Origin: an uncultured Gammaproteobacteria bacterium
GTDB taxonomy: Bacteria > Pseudomonadota > Gammaproteobacteria > DRLM01
Direction of reading: 5' to 3'
Assembly: GCA_963810615.1 (NCBI GenBank)
Contig: CAWEOA010000002.1
Coordinates: forward strand, 7,732-71,731
Length of the DNA: 64,000 nt
How positions within the stretch are numbered: the stretch's first letter is position 1; each line of letters begins with the position of its first letter. The notes beneath the pieces are model-generated. The model made no database searches, was not told the origin of the DNA, and worked only from the letters and a program-made list of their open reading frames with translations. Shown piece by piece: positions 8,179-18,556 of this stretch. A program made the translations under genes and the position numbers.

Positions 8179-9861
8179 ATGTCCGAGGGGCAAGCAGGGC
8201 TGGCCATCAAGCCTCAAATAAACAATCAGGGCGTGTTGCGCTTACTGATACTCGAAGAATCCGCCTCTGCGGCGCAGGCGCTTATCGACCCGCTGCGGGA
8301 TGCCGGTTATGCCGTCACGGCGGCGCGGGTAAAATCACCTTTGGAGTTTCAAGCCGCTCTCAAAAAACAGGAGTGGGATCTCATACTAAGCCCGTTGTCG
8401 CTGGCGAACTTTAACGCCAAGCAGGCCCTTGCCCTGCTATCTCACGCCAAAATCGATACACCTTGCATCATAATCGGCAACGATTTCACGGAAGAAGAGT
8501 TTAGCGCCGCATTACGCTACGGTGCACGCGCCCTGGTAAAAGGCAATCAAATCGAACAGCTGGTGCTTACGGTTCAGCGGGAATTACGTGATCTCGCCAT
8601 GCGTCGCGCCCGCCACCATTATGAGAAAATGTTCAGGCAAAGCGAGCGCCGTTGCCAGGTCTTGCTCGAATCATCACAGCATGCCATCGCCTGCATCCGT
8701 AACGGCAAGGTGATCTATTCAAACCAAGCCCTTACTCAACTTCTGAGCACGGGTAGAGAACGTGAAGTCAGCGACATCTTTAGCCTCATTCATTCCGAGG
8801 ATCGCCAACGCTTCGAACAATTGTTGAAAGGAGTAGAAACCGGGCAGAATCTCTCGGACAAGGCTGAGCTGCGCATCCTGGATAAGAACGGTAAACCGCA
8901 GCCGGTAAAAATTGATGCCATAGTCGCCTATATCAATGAACAACAATGCGCACAGATATCCATCTCCCCCAAAGTTGAGTCCGGAGATATACCCGAACCA
9001 TCCGCTCCCAATGCCCCGAATGAATTGCACAGCAAATCGTCTGCGCAGCAAAGCGATAATCACTCTCCCGCACAGCATTTGACTCCCGCCAATGACGACG
9101 ATCCCGTGGTGCGTCAAGAAATCCGCGACGCCATAGCAAACGATCGTTTTCGACTGGTTTATCAACCTATCGTGCCGTTGCACGCGCAGCCTGCGGAGCG
9201 CTATGAAGCGCTCATCCGCATGATAGGTGAAAACGGCGAAGAAATATCGCCGGGAAGTTTTATCCCCGCCGCCGAAAATGCCGGCCTCATGCCCGAAATC
9301 GACCGCTGGGTCATCCGCTCATCCATGCAGACCCTGGTCAAACTACACGGCGACAATAAAGAAACCAGCTTATTGGTGAAATTATCGGGATACAGCGTCA
9401 ATGACCCAACTCTCTTATCATGGATCAATGAGCAGCTGAACGAATTCCATCTTCCCGGTGATACTCTTATCTTTGAAATCAAGGAGAGCTCTATGCTGCA
9501 CCAACCGGAGGCGGTGGTACAGCTGATCAACGGACTCAAACAATTGCATTGCCGTACGGCGCTCGGGCACTTCGGTTCAGATCCGCGCTCCCTGGATTAC
9601 CTCGAACAGCTGCATGTCGATTTTGTAAAGCTGGACGGCGCCTTCGTCGACAATCTTAGCGGTGACTCCAAGAGCCTGGCCATGGTCAAGGCAGTGGTAC
9701 AGACCGCCCATGACCTAGGGACGCTCACCGTGGCCACCTTCGTCCAGGACGCCAGCAAAATGGCCACCTTGTGGCAATGCAATGTCGATTACATCCAAGG
9801 CTATTTCTTGCAAGCTCCCGACGGAGATATGTCCTACGACTTCTCCGAACAAGACGATTAA
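8179..9861 (+). CDS. Pseudo-receiver (REC-like)-PAS-EAL protein. The EAL domain lacks the catalytic acidic residues, so it is likely a c-di-GMP binding receptor (FimX-like) rather than a phosphodiesterase.
   Basis: The REC-like N-terminus is LRLLILEES...WDLILSPLS (the phosphoacceptor Asp position is Ser) with ALVKGN. A PAS segment follows. The EAL domain retains EALIR, the conserved Asn, EIKE, KLD and QGYF. The DDFGTG motif is replaced by GHFGSD, and EGVE by TFVQD. Confidence 0.85.
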   Translation: MSEGQAGLAIKPQINNQGVLRLLILEESASAAQALIDPLRDAGYAVTAARVKSPLEFQAALKKQEWDLILSPLSLANFNAKQALALLSHAKIDTPCIIIGNDFTEEEFSAALRYGARALVKGNQIEQLVLTVQRELRDLAMRRARHHYEKMFRQSERRCQVLLESSQHAIACIRNGKVIYSNQALTQLLSTGREREVSDIFSLIHSEDRQRFEQLLKGVETGQNLSDKAELRILDKNGKPQPVKIDAIVAYINEQQCAQISISPKVESGDIPEPSAPNAPNELHSKSSAQQSDNHSPAQHLTPANDDDPVVRQEIRDAIANDRFRLVYQPIVPLHAQPAERYEALIRMIGENGEEISPGSFIPAAENAGLMPEIDRWVIRSSMQTLVKLHGDNKETSLLVKLSGYSVNDPTLLSWINEQLNEFHLPGDTLIFEIKESSMLHQPEAVVQLINGLKQLHCRTALGHFGSDPRSLDYLEQLHVDFVKLDGAFVDNLSGDSKSLAMVKAVVQTAHDLGTLTVATFVQDASKMATLWQCNVDYIQGYFLQAPDGDMSYDFSEQDD

Positions 9862-9873
9862 ACCCGCAAACGT

Positions 9874-9912
9874 AAAGGCCCACCCGGGATTTGGCCGGGT
9901 GGGCCTTTGCTA
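9874..9912. terminator. Bidirectional rho-independent terminator between the convergent EAL gene and htpX.
   Basis: A perfect GC-rich inverted repeat GGCCCACCCGG / CCGGGTGGGCC has a 5-6-nt loop. It is flanked by AAA on one side and TTTGCTATTT on the other. Confidence 0.6.
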
Positions 9913-9944
9913 TTTCAACATCCGGAGAACGCCGCGAGGATTAA

Positions 9945-10826
9945 TTAAGCTTGAGCGCGCAAGGCGGCGATCCGCTCACTCAACGGCGGATGCGTCATGA
10001 ATAAGCGCCGCATCCCCTGGCCGATGCCGCCGGCAATGCCGAAGGCGGCCATTTGATCCGGCAGCGGCTGCGAATGCAGGCCGGCCAGGCGCTCCAAAGC
10101 GGCGATCATCTTTTCGCGTCCCGCCAGCCGTGCACCTCCGGCATCGGCGCGAAACTCGCGACGACGGCTGAACCAGAAGACGATCGTGCTCGCCAATATA
10201 CCCAGCACCAATTCGGCGACAATGGATATGATCCAGAATGCCGGGCCATGGCCGCGTTCATTTTTAAATACCGCACGATCGATGATATCCCCGATCACGC
10301 GCGATAAGAAAATCACAAAGGTGTTTATCACCCCCTGGATCAAGGCCAGAGTCACCATATCCCCATTGGCGACGTGACTCACTTCGTGACCCAATACCGC
10401 TTCCGCCTCATCCCGGCTCATGGCATGCAACAGACCGCTACTCACCGCCACCAGCGCCTTGTCGCGACTCATCCCCGTAGCAAAGGCATTGACGTCCGCG
10501 GAATCATAGACCGCTACCTCCGGCATACCGATCCCTGCGGCCCGCGCTAGACGTTGCACCGTTTCCACCAGCCAGCGTTGATCTTCATTTGCCGGTCGCT
10601 CGATGACATGGGCCCCGGTAAAACGCTTGGCCGTCCACTTGGACATGGCCAAGGAAATGAACGCGCCGCCCATACCGAATACCGCAGCAAAGACCAGCAA
10701 TGCATTGTAGTTTAAGCCCGTCCCCTGCGCATTGAGAATACGATCCACACCTAACAGGTGCAGGGTGATATTCAATATGAAGATGATGGCAAGGTTGGTC
10801 GCCAAAAACAGCAGAATGCGCTTCAT
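9945..10826 (-). CDS. htpX: Zinc metalloprotease HtpX (M48 family).
   Basis: It has the [10 protein letters not shown] (HExxH) motif, four TM segments, and a C-terminal [11 protein letters not shown]. The start is [11 protein letters not shown]. Confidence 0.9.
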   Translation of the reverse strand: MKRILLFLATNLAIIFILNITLHLLGVDRILNAQGTGLNYNALLVFAAVFGMGGAFISLAMSKWTAKRFTGAHVIERPANEDQRWLVETVQRLARAAGIGMPEVAVYDSADVNAFATGMSRDKALVAVSSGLLHAMSRDEAEAVLGHEVSHVANGDMVTLALIQGVINTFVIFLSRVIGDIIDRAVFKNERGHGPAFWIISIVAELVLGILASTIVFWFSRRREFRADAGGARLAGREKMIAALERLAGLHSQPLPDQMAAFGIAGGIGQGMRRLFMTHPPLSERIAALRAQA

Positions 10827-10948
10827 GCATACACCCCAACTAGAAAACAATCACTTAGCTAAATAAGGGCGTCTTGGCTGATTTCAAGTCCCGGCCCATC
10901 CGTCATCGTCCTGAATCAGACGGCGAATACGGAGCGTATCTCCCATCC

Positions 10949-13204
10949 TTACGTAGATTCGACCACAATCCTATCGACCCTTTGCAGACCACGCGGCAAG
11001 TTTGCGCCTCGCCGGCCGCGCTCACCTGCATAATGCTCCAAATCGGTGCGGCTCAGGCTCATGTGACGCTGTCCGGCATACACCACCAGGGAAGCACCGC
11101 TGGGCACACTGGCAATGGCGGTGACGAATTCTTCACGGGCCGCGACCTTGGCTGCGGGAATGGCCATGATCTTATTCCCCTTACCCTTGGAGAGTTGCGG
11201 GAGCTCCGCCACCGGAAACACCAGCATTCGACCGAGATTGCTCACCACCACCACCACGTCGGAGCCGCTGTCCTTCACCGGCATCGGCGACAACACCCGC
11301 GCCCCCTTGGGCACCGATAAAACCGCCTTGCCGTTCTTATTTTTGGCGATGAGATCTTCCAGCTTCACAACGAAACCATAGCCGGCATCGCTGCTGAGCA
11401 AATATAAATCCTCGGTATTGCCGATGATGACGCCCACGAACACCGCCCCCGGCGGCGGGCTCAAACGACCGGTCAAGGGCTCGCCCTGGCCACGGGCCGA
11501 CGGCAGATTATGGATAGGCAGGGCGTAGGTACGGCCGGTGGAGTCGGCAAACACCGCCAGCTGGTTGCTGCGGCCGCGGGCGGCGGCAAAAAAGCCATCT
11601 CCCGCCTTATAGCTCAAGGACGCCGGATCGATATCGTGGCCCTTGGCGGCGCGCACCCACCCCATCTCGGACAACACCACAGTCATCGCCTCACTGCTCA
11701 GCAGGGACTCGGCGGCAAATGCCTGAGCGGCCGAGCGCGACACGATGGGGGAACGGCGATCGTCACCGTATTGTTCCGCATCCGCAATCAATTCTTTGCG
11801 CACCAAGGTGCGCAAGCGCTGTTTAGAGGCCAGGATCTTCTGTAATTCATCACGCTCATCAGCCAGATCGGACTGCTCACCGCGGATCTTCATCTCCTCC
11901 AGCTTGGCCAAATGGCGCAATTTGAGGTCGAGGATGGCATCGGCCTGCATGTCGCTCAATTCAAACCGCGCCATCAACACCAACTTAGGTTCGTCCTCGG
12001 TGCGGATGATGTGAATAACCTCATCGAGGTTGAGATAGGCGATCAACAAGCCATCCAGGATGTGCAGCCTGGCTAGGACTTTGTCCAAGCGATACTCCAG
12101 GCGGCGGCGTACCGTATCGGTGCGAAACACTAGCCATTCGCCCAACAAGACTCGCAGGTTTTTCACCCGCGGCCGGCCGTCGAGCCCGATCATATTAAAA
12201 TTGACGCGATAACTGCGCTCCAGATCAGTAGTCGCGAAGAGATGCGACATCAGCGCCGCGGTATCGACACGATTGGAACGCGTGATAATCACCAGGCGGG
12301 TGGGATTTTCATGGTCGGATTCATCGCGCAGGTCCTCAACCATCGGCAGTTTTTTCGCCGTCATCTGCCCCGCGATCTGTTCCAATATCTTCGCCCCCGA
12401 CACCTGATAGGGCAGCGCGCTGATGACGACATCGCCGTCCTCGACTTCATAGCGGGCGCGCAAACGTACCGAACCATTACCGGTCTCATACATCTGCAGC
12501 AAATCCTGGCGCGCGGTGATGATCTCGGCGTCGGTGGGATAATCGGGACCCAGAACATGCTCGCACAGATCGGCCACGCCGGCTTTAGGGTCTTCCAGCA
12601 GGTGGATGCAGGCGCTCGCCACCTCGCGGGCATTATGGGGAGGAATATCGGTGGCCATACCCACCGCGATGCCGGTGGCACCGTTGAGCAACACATTGGG
12701 CAGGCGCGCCGGCAGCAGCACCGGCTCGTCCAGGGTTCCGTCGAAATTGGGACCCCACTCCACAGTGCCTTGCCCAAGCTCACTCAACAACACCTCGGCG
12801 TAACGGGCCAGGCGCGACTCGGTATAACGCATCGCCGCGAACGACTTGGGGTCATCGGGCGAACCCCAGTTGCCCTGGCCGTCAATCAGCGGATAGCGGT
12901 AGGAAAATGATTGGGCCATGAGCACCATGGCCTCGTAACAGGCGCTATCGCCGTGGGGATGAAACTTACCCAGCACGTCGCCGACGGTGCGCGCCGACTT
13001 TTTGTATTTCGCCGCGGCAGACAAACCCAGCTCCGACATGGCGTAAACAATGCGCCTCTGCACCGGCTTCAAGCCATCGGCGATATTCGGCAAGGCCCGA
13101 TCCAGGATCACATACATGGAATAATCCAGGTAGGCCTTTTCGGTGAAGACCTTTAGCGGCAGGCGTTCAATGCCTTCGTGACTGATCTCTCCTGCGATGC
13201 TCAT
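10949..13204 (-). CDS. parC: DNA topoisomerase IV subunit A.
   Basis: The N-terminus aligns with E. coli ParC, matching [23 protein letters not shown] and [22 protein letters not shown]. The 751-aa length fits ParC rather than GyrA. Confidence 0.9.
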   Translation of the reverse strand: MSIAGEISHEGIERLPLKVFTEKAYLDYSMYVILDRALPNIADGLKPVQRRIVYAMSELGLSAAAKYKKSARTVGDVLGKFHPHGDSACYEAMVLMAQSFSYRYPLIDGQGNWGSPDDPKSFAAMRYTESRLARYAEVLLSELGQGTVEWGPNFDGTLDEPVLLPARLPNVLLNGATGIAVGMATDIPPHNAREVASACIHLLEDPKAGVADLCEHVLGPDYPTDAEIITARQDLLQMYETGNGSVRLRARYEVEDGDVVISALPYQVSGAKILEQIAGQMTAKKLPMVEDLRDESDHENPTRLVIITRSNRVDTAALMSHLFATTDLERSYRVNFNMIGLDGRPRVKNLRVLLGEWLVFRTDTVRRRLEYRLDKVLARLHILDGLLIAYLNLDEVIHIIRTEDEPKLVLMARFELSDMQADAILDLKLRHLAKLEEMKIRGEQSDLADERDELQKILASKQRLRTLVRKELIADAEQYGDDRRSPIVSRSAAQAFAAESLLSSEAMTVVLSEMGWVRAAKGHDIDPASLSYKAGDGFFAAARGRSNQLAVFADSTGRTYALPIHNLPSARGQGEPLTGRLSPPPGAVFVGVIIGNTEDLYLLSSDAGYGFVVKLEDLIAKNKNGKAVLSVPKGARVLSPMPVKDSGSDVVVVVSNLGRMLVFPVAELPQLSKGKGNKIMAIPAAKVAAREEFVTAIASVPSGASLVVYAGQRHMSLSRTDLEHYAGERGRRGANLPRGLQRVDRIVVEST

Positions 13205-13239
13205 GATTCTCTTCCCATCGTTATTCGCGCTTCACGTTC

Positions 13240-15126
13240 TCAGATCTCGGCGAGATTGCCTTTGCTTTCCAACCACTCGCGGCGATCGCCGGCACGGCGT
13301 TTTGCAAGCAGCATGTCCAACAATACATCGGTGCCGTCGCTAGCCTCTACGGTAAGTTGCACCAGGCGGCGGGTATCGGGATCCATGGTGGTCTCGCGCA
13401 GCTGGATGGGGTTCATCTCGCCCAGCCCCTTGAAGCGTTGCACATTGATCTTGCCTTTAAGTTTCTCCGCGGCGATGCGATCGATAACGCCCTGTTTCTC
13501 GCCGTCATCCAAGGCATAAAACACTTCCTTGCCGACATCGATGCGGTACAGTGGCGGCATGGCCACGTAGACATGGCCCGCCGTCACCAGAGGCCGAAAA
13601 TGACGCAGAAACAGCGCGCACAGCAAGGTCGCGATATGCGCGCCGTCGGAATCGGCATCGGCAAGGATGCATATCTTACCGTAGCGCAGTCCTTGCAAAT
13701 CGCTGGAACCGGGCTCTACGCCGATGGCCAGCGCGATATCGTGCACCTCTTGCGAGCCCAACACCTCGCCGGCATCCACCTCCCAGGTATTGAGAATCTT
13801 ACCGCGCAAGGGCATCACCGCCTGAAAATCGCGGCTGCGCGCCTGTTTCGCCGAGCCGCCCGCGGAATCGCCCTCTACCAGAAACAATTCCGTGCGTGAC
13901 AAGTCCTGGGCACTGCAATCGGACAGTTTGCCCGGCAAGGCGGGGCCGGCGGTCACCTTTTTGCGCACCACTTGCTTGCCGGCACGCAGGCGCGCTTGGG
14001 CATTGTTGATCGCATACAGAGCGATGCGCTCACCGTCCTCGATATGCTGATTGAGCCACAGGCTGAAGGCATCTTTTGCCACGCCGGAGACAAAGGCCGC
14101 GCATTCCCGCGACGATAGGCGCTCTTTGGTCTGACCGCTGAATTGCGGATCGGTCATCTTGACGGAGAGGATATAGCTGCAGCGTTCCCAAACATCTTCC
14201 GGAGCCAAACGCACGCCGCGCGGCAGCAGATTGCGAAACTCGCAAAACTCGCGCACCGCATCCGTGAGCCCGGTGCGCAAACCATTCACATGCGTGCCGC
14301 CCTGCGGTGTGGGGATCAGATTGACATAACTCTCCGCCACCACTTCCCCGCCCGCAGGCAACCATACCACCGCCCATTCGGCGGCTTCCTGCTGCCCTTC
14401 CATAGCGCCGATAAAAGGCTCTTCAGGCAGCAACTCCGCGCCTTGTACCGCCTCAAGCAAATAATCTTTCAAGCCGTCCTGATACTGCCACTCCTCGCGC
14501 TCACCGCTGTTTTCGTCGTAAAACTTGATGTGCAGACCGGGACACAACACCGCTTTGGCGCGCAATGCGTGTTTAAGTTTAGTTACCAGAAATTTCGGCG
14601 TGTCGAAATATTTGGGGTCAGGCCAAAACCGCACCGTAGTGCCGGTATTGTTCTTGCCGACCTGCCCCACCTCTTCCAATTCGGACTGTTTTTCGCCGCC
14701 GGCAAAGGCCATGTTGTATTCCTTGCCGCCGCGCCGCACCCATACTTCGAGATGCTTGGACAAGGCATTCACCACCGAGACCCCGACGCCGTGCAGGCCA
14801 CCGGAGAACCGGTAATTCTTGTTGGAAAACTTGCCGCCCGCATGCAAGCGGGTGAGGATCACCTCCACCCCCGAAACCTTTTCGCCGGGATGGACATCCA
14901 CCGGCATACCGCGGCCGTCATCCTTTACTTCCAGCGAGCCGTCCTTATAAAGGCTGACCTCGATGCGCTTGGCGTAACCGGTGATGGCTTCGTCAACGCT
15001 ATTGTCTATTACCTCTTGGGCAAGGTGATTCGGGCGGCTGGTATCTGTATACATGCCGGGCCGCTTACGCACCGGTTCCAATCCGGTCAACACCTCTATC
15101 GCCGCTGAATCGTAAACGCTACTCAT
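13240..15126 (-). CDS. parE: DNA topoisomerase IV subunit B.
   Basis: The 628-aa protein is nearly collinear with E. coli ParE, matching AIEVLTGLEPVRKRPGMYTDT, EGDSAGGSAKQARSR, FKGLGEMNP and the C-terminal RREWLE. Confidence 0.95.
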   Translation of the reverse strand: MSSVYDSAAIEVLTGLEPVRKRPGMYTDTSRPNHLAQEVIDNSVDEAITGYAKRIEVSLYKDGSLEVKDDGRGMPVDVHPGEKVSGVEVILTRLHAGGKFSNKNYRFSGGLHGVGVSVVNALSKHLEVWVRRGGKEYNMAFAGGEKQSELEEVGQVGKNNTGTTVRFWPDPKYFDTPKFLVTKLKHALRAKAVLCPGLHIKFYDENSGEREEWQYQDGLKDYLLEAVQGAELLPEEPFIGAMEGQQEAAEWAVVWLPAGGEVVAESYVNLIPTPQGGTHVNGLRTGLTDAVREFCEFRNLLPRGVRLAPEDVWERCSYILSVKMTDPQFSGQTKERLSSRECAAFVSGVAKDAFSLWLNQHIEDGERIALYAINNAQARLRAGKQVVRKKVTAGPALPGKLSDCSAQDLSRTELFLVEGDSAGGSAKQARSRDFQAVMPLRGKILNTWEVDAGEVLGSQEVHDIALAIGVEPGSSDLQGLRYGKICILADADSDGAHIATLLCALFLRHFRPLVTAGHVYVAMPPLYRIDVGKEVFYALDDGEKQGVIDRIAAEKLKGKINVQRFKGLGEMNPIQLRETTMDPDTRRLVQLTVEASDGTDVLLDMLLAKRRAGDRREWLESKGNLAEI

Positions 15127-15678
15127 TGCAACCTTTCATCGAAAAAATCCCGTTCGCATATTGAAAGCGCCCGAACGAGCGCAAACGACCTGCGCGAAGG
15201 GATTAGGACTCATATCGACAAATGAAAAACTAACATGTTGATTATGTTTGGCTAGCGCCGGATTATACACCACCCCGGATCAGAACAAGACAGCATTTGA
15301 GATGTTCAATCTAGCAGGAATCCCCAAGGGAACCCTTGGACCTCAAGGACTTGTCGCAGAATTATTGAGGAAAGTGCAAGCGGCAGTGAGGCGACCGGCA
15401 AAGCCTTCGAAGCTAGCATTGCTTCCGCCGTTTGGCGAACACACGGTCAAATCAATCTGGATATGGTGCCGTGCCGATTCTGAGGAGCACAGGGAGAGCG
15501 GAGCAAAGTGCTACAAGCCCCGCGTGGCCGGAGGGTCGGGTGTTTTGTCGGAGTCCGCAGATTAAGAGCCACTGCTGATCATCCGTGATGGGCTTCATGT
15601 GCATCGTTCCCGAATGGTACGCGACTATGCCGAGTAGGCTTGGCTTAAGCATCACACACCGGCGAATGCTACCCGAAT

Positions 15679-16591
15679 TCATTCGCAGAACCGGCGAACA
15701 CAACACGCGGACGACGCGCCGCGGAAGGGAATCATCACCTGGCCCGCGCCGTCGGCAGGATTGGTGGTGGCTCCCAAGGCAATCAAATCCACCGCGTCGC
15801 GCTTACCGACATTCACCATATTGATCTTGACATCATCCGACCGATAGAACAGCGGCGCCATCTCCAGCGACAACGAATCGTAAACATGATCACCTAGCGC
15901 ACCAGGAACGGCGAGCGGCACAGCATACCGTCGCTGTCCAGGACAGTAGTGACAAACCCGCCGTGTTTTGCTGCGTGCTGCAACAACGGCGGATTGCCGG
16001 TATAGCCTCGCATGTCGGTTATCATCGAACTCGCCACGTCGGAAACAACGCCTAGGGGTTTGGGCAAAAGGCCTACCTTAGCGTCGACGTCATTACGAAA
16101 GGTATAACCAAGTACAGTGTCGTCGCCTTGCAGACTGTGGGCAAAGATGTTGTCGTAATTGACGTCCTCCGTCAGCTCGGTAATCTGTTTTCTGAGCATC
16201 GCATAATCAATACCGATCTCCTTGAACAGCTGACGGCTCTGTTTTCCTCGGGCTCGGCAAACAAGATGTCGAAACCGATCACGGCGGCGCCACTCTTCAG
16301 AAGGAGCTCCGTCATCAGCGCCAGCCTACCCCTCGGCCAAGGCCAACGGCCTTGCTGCGTGAGACTCTTATTATCAATGGCGACGATGACGATTTGATTC
16401 CTCGCTGGCACCGCATCGGGCAGCGTGGCGGTCATGCGAATATCATAGGCCAGCAACTCCGCAAGCTGGATCAGATTCTCGATTCAGCCGATGCCGGACA
16501 CATCCAGCGACAGCATCACCAGAGTCAAGAACAGACCGATTCCAACTGCCGTAAACCTTGTTTGCGTCAGGATGTTGCGAATTTGGTGCAT
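15679..16591 (-). pseudogene. Degraded CHASE2-domain sensor gene. It has an in-frame TGA, at least two frameshifts, and a missing output domain.
   Basis: An ATG at 16591 with an AGGAAA ribosome-binding site opens an N-terminal TM helix, MHQIRNILTQTRFTAVGIGLFLTLVMLSLDVSGIG. An in-frame TGA follows at 16484-16486. CHASE2-like sequence (IVIVAIDNKSLTQQGRWPWPRG...AVIGFDILFAEPE; ...PLFYRSDD...) is then split across three reading frames, 16456-16172, 16199-15894 and 15921-15679. Confidence 0.6.
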
Positions 16592-17809
16592 GGATTTCCT
16601 AACCTGGAAAAGGCAAGGTGTCCGGGCAATAAGCGATTATGGCGCGGCCCTCGAGAAGCACGATAGGCTATCCAGGTCAACTCTCGCGCAGTCGGCCGCG
16701 CGGCAGTAAAACCGAGGAGGTCGATATGTCCCGCCCTCGCCGATAGGCTGACTTACGACCCACCTCTCCATAAGATATATCGGCAATGATAGGTCTAAAG
16801 TCGGGAATCGTCAGTATTCGCCGGCAAGCTCATTCTGGCGGCAATGTGCCTGCAATTCATGCGCGTGGAACTTAATGGTTATCGCGGCTATTGGTAGCCC
16901 TGGGGCGAGAGTTGCCGGAATAATCCGCTCAGCCGGTTCTCACCATCCTCCAGGAGTTACAAAATACGCCCAAGAAATTTACTCTATATTTCCCAGACAA
17001 CCCTCTTAGTTAATCACATAAATCAATACCGTCCCTAAGACGTCTTCCCGTAAGTAACGGAGCCCTTCACGTATGGCAGCGCGGCCGCTTTGGGTGACAC
17101 GACGCACAGCTGGGGGACACACCACAGCTACAGCCATTAATAAGGCATCGCTGTAGTCGTGATCGTGACCCGGAACAGACAACTTCACAAATTGAGGTGT
17201 AATCACTTCACCTGCCTGCCCAGTATCTTCAGTCCGCGCTTCCAGTCTGCGCGCTCGCACCCGCCTTCATACCCGCCAAACCGGCGTCAGGCGAGTGCAA
17301 AATGTATTCCTTCACTTCAATATCATCTTTCTGATCACTTTTCCTTGCACGCTACGATTCATACCATGAAGCGCATTCTCTAAATATTTGACAAATCCAA
17401 TTATCGTAATCTTCTCCATAGCCCTCTCCCGCCTCCTTTGAAAGCCGTAACGCTTCTGTCATGGCGCATCACCAAGCCGATAGTTGACGTCGGGAGGAGA
17501 CCATCCCTTAGACCTTTACGACCCACTACCGACGGCGCATCCCCAGACTTCCACACTGGCATACTCCGGGTCGCTTGTCTCGCGTTTTGTCTCCGCACAC
17601 GCTTTCGCATGGACTAAGGCGCCTCGTCGGCCTTGCGGCCAGCCTCAACGTCTTGCACCCGGCTCGTTCTCCGCGTGCTGGTGGATCGGCAATTCGGCCG
17701 AGCAAACCTTGCCCTCGTCCCGGTCATGTATTACAGTTAAAGGGGATCGGGTCAAGGATGGCCCGTAATGCCAATTTTCATCGAATCACGACAAGCGAAA
17801 GGACTCGCA

Positions 17810-18556
17810 ATGTACGGACTCGCTATTTATCTGCGCGCGCTTTTCAGTGCCATCGTTGTTACCTCCATATTATTCTGTCCTGTGGGACATGCCTTGGTGA
17901 TCAGCCAGATCTACGGTGGAGGCGGCAATAGTGGCGCACCCTATGCCAATGACTTTATTGAAATCTTCAACGACTCGGATGTTTCCATCAATCTAACCGG
18001 TTTTTCAGTGCAATATGCGTCCGCATCAGCAAACAGCTGGCAACCTACCAATCTCGCGGGAATACTTGGACCATACCGGTACTATCTCATCCAAGAAGCG
18101 GCAGGATCAGGCATAAGTGCTTCGTTGCCAACGGCAGATGTAACAGACTCCATTCATCTCGGCGCCTCTTCCGGCATAGTCGCGTTGGTGAACGGCACGG
18201 CGCCTCTCACATCTGGCTGCACCAGCTTCTCTGTTGTGGACCTAGTCGGCTACGGGTCGGCGAATTGTTATGAAGGAACGGCGGCGGTTGTCGGCTTATC
18301 GAACACCCTGGCGGCACAGCGCTTGCTGGATGGCTTGACGGACACTAACAATAATGCCGACGACTTCTCGGTGCTTGCGCCCGCGCCGCGCAACACCACC
18401 TCTCCGCAAAACCTTCCAGTCGTCACCCTGCCGGGACGGGACGCCACCCCGCTTAGCGAACCGCCAAGTCTGGTGCTGATGCTCGCCGGCATCATTGCCT
18501 TGCCGTGGCTGCGACGCAGCCGATCTTACCCGCTAAAGGTCAATCCAGGTCTTTGA
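17810..18556 (+). CDS. Secreted lamin-tail-domain (LTD) protein with a C-terminal PEP-CTERM sorting signal (an exosortase substrate).
   Basis: A signal peptide MYGLAIYLRALFSAIVVTSILFCPVGHA is followed by the LTD signature ISQIYGGGGNSGAPYANDFIEIFN...LTGFSVQYASASANSW. The C-terminus LSEPPSLVLMLAGIIALPWLRRSRS is a PEP-like motif, a TM helix and an Arg-rich tail. An AAAGGA ribosome-binding site sits before the ATG. Confidence 0.75.
   Translation: MYGLAIYLRALFSAIVVTSILFCPVGHALVISQIYGGGGNSGAPYANDFIEIFNDSDVSINLTGFSVQYASASANSWQPTNLAGILGPYRYYLIQEAAGSGISASLPTADVTDSIHLGASSGIVALVNGTAPLTSGCTSFSVVDLVGYGSANCYEGTAAVVGLSNTLAAQRLLDGLTDTNNNADDFSVLAPAPRNTTSPQNLPVVTLPGRDATPLSEPPSLVLMLAGIIALPWLRRSRSYPLKVNPGL

Noticed and set aside
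15248-15706. Short ORFs (105, 84 and 79 aa) between parE and the CHASE2 remnant.
   Set aside because: They have no motifs or start signals and overlap each other in different frames. They most likely represent decayed non-coding sequence, or the parE promoter region.
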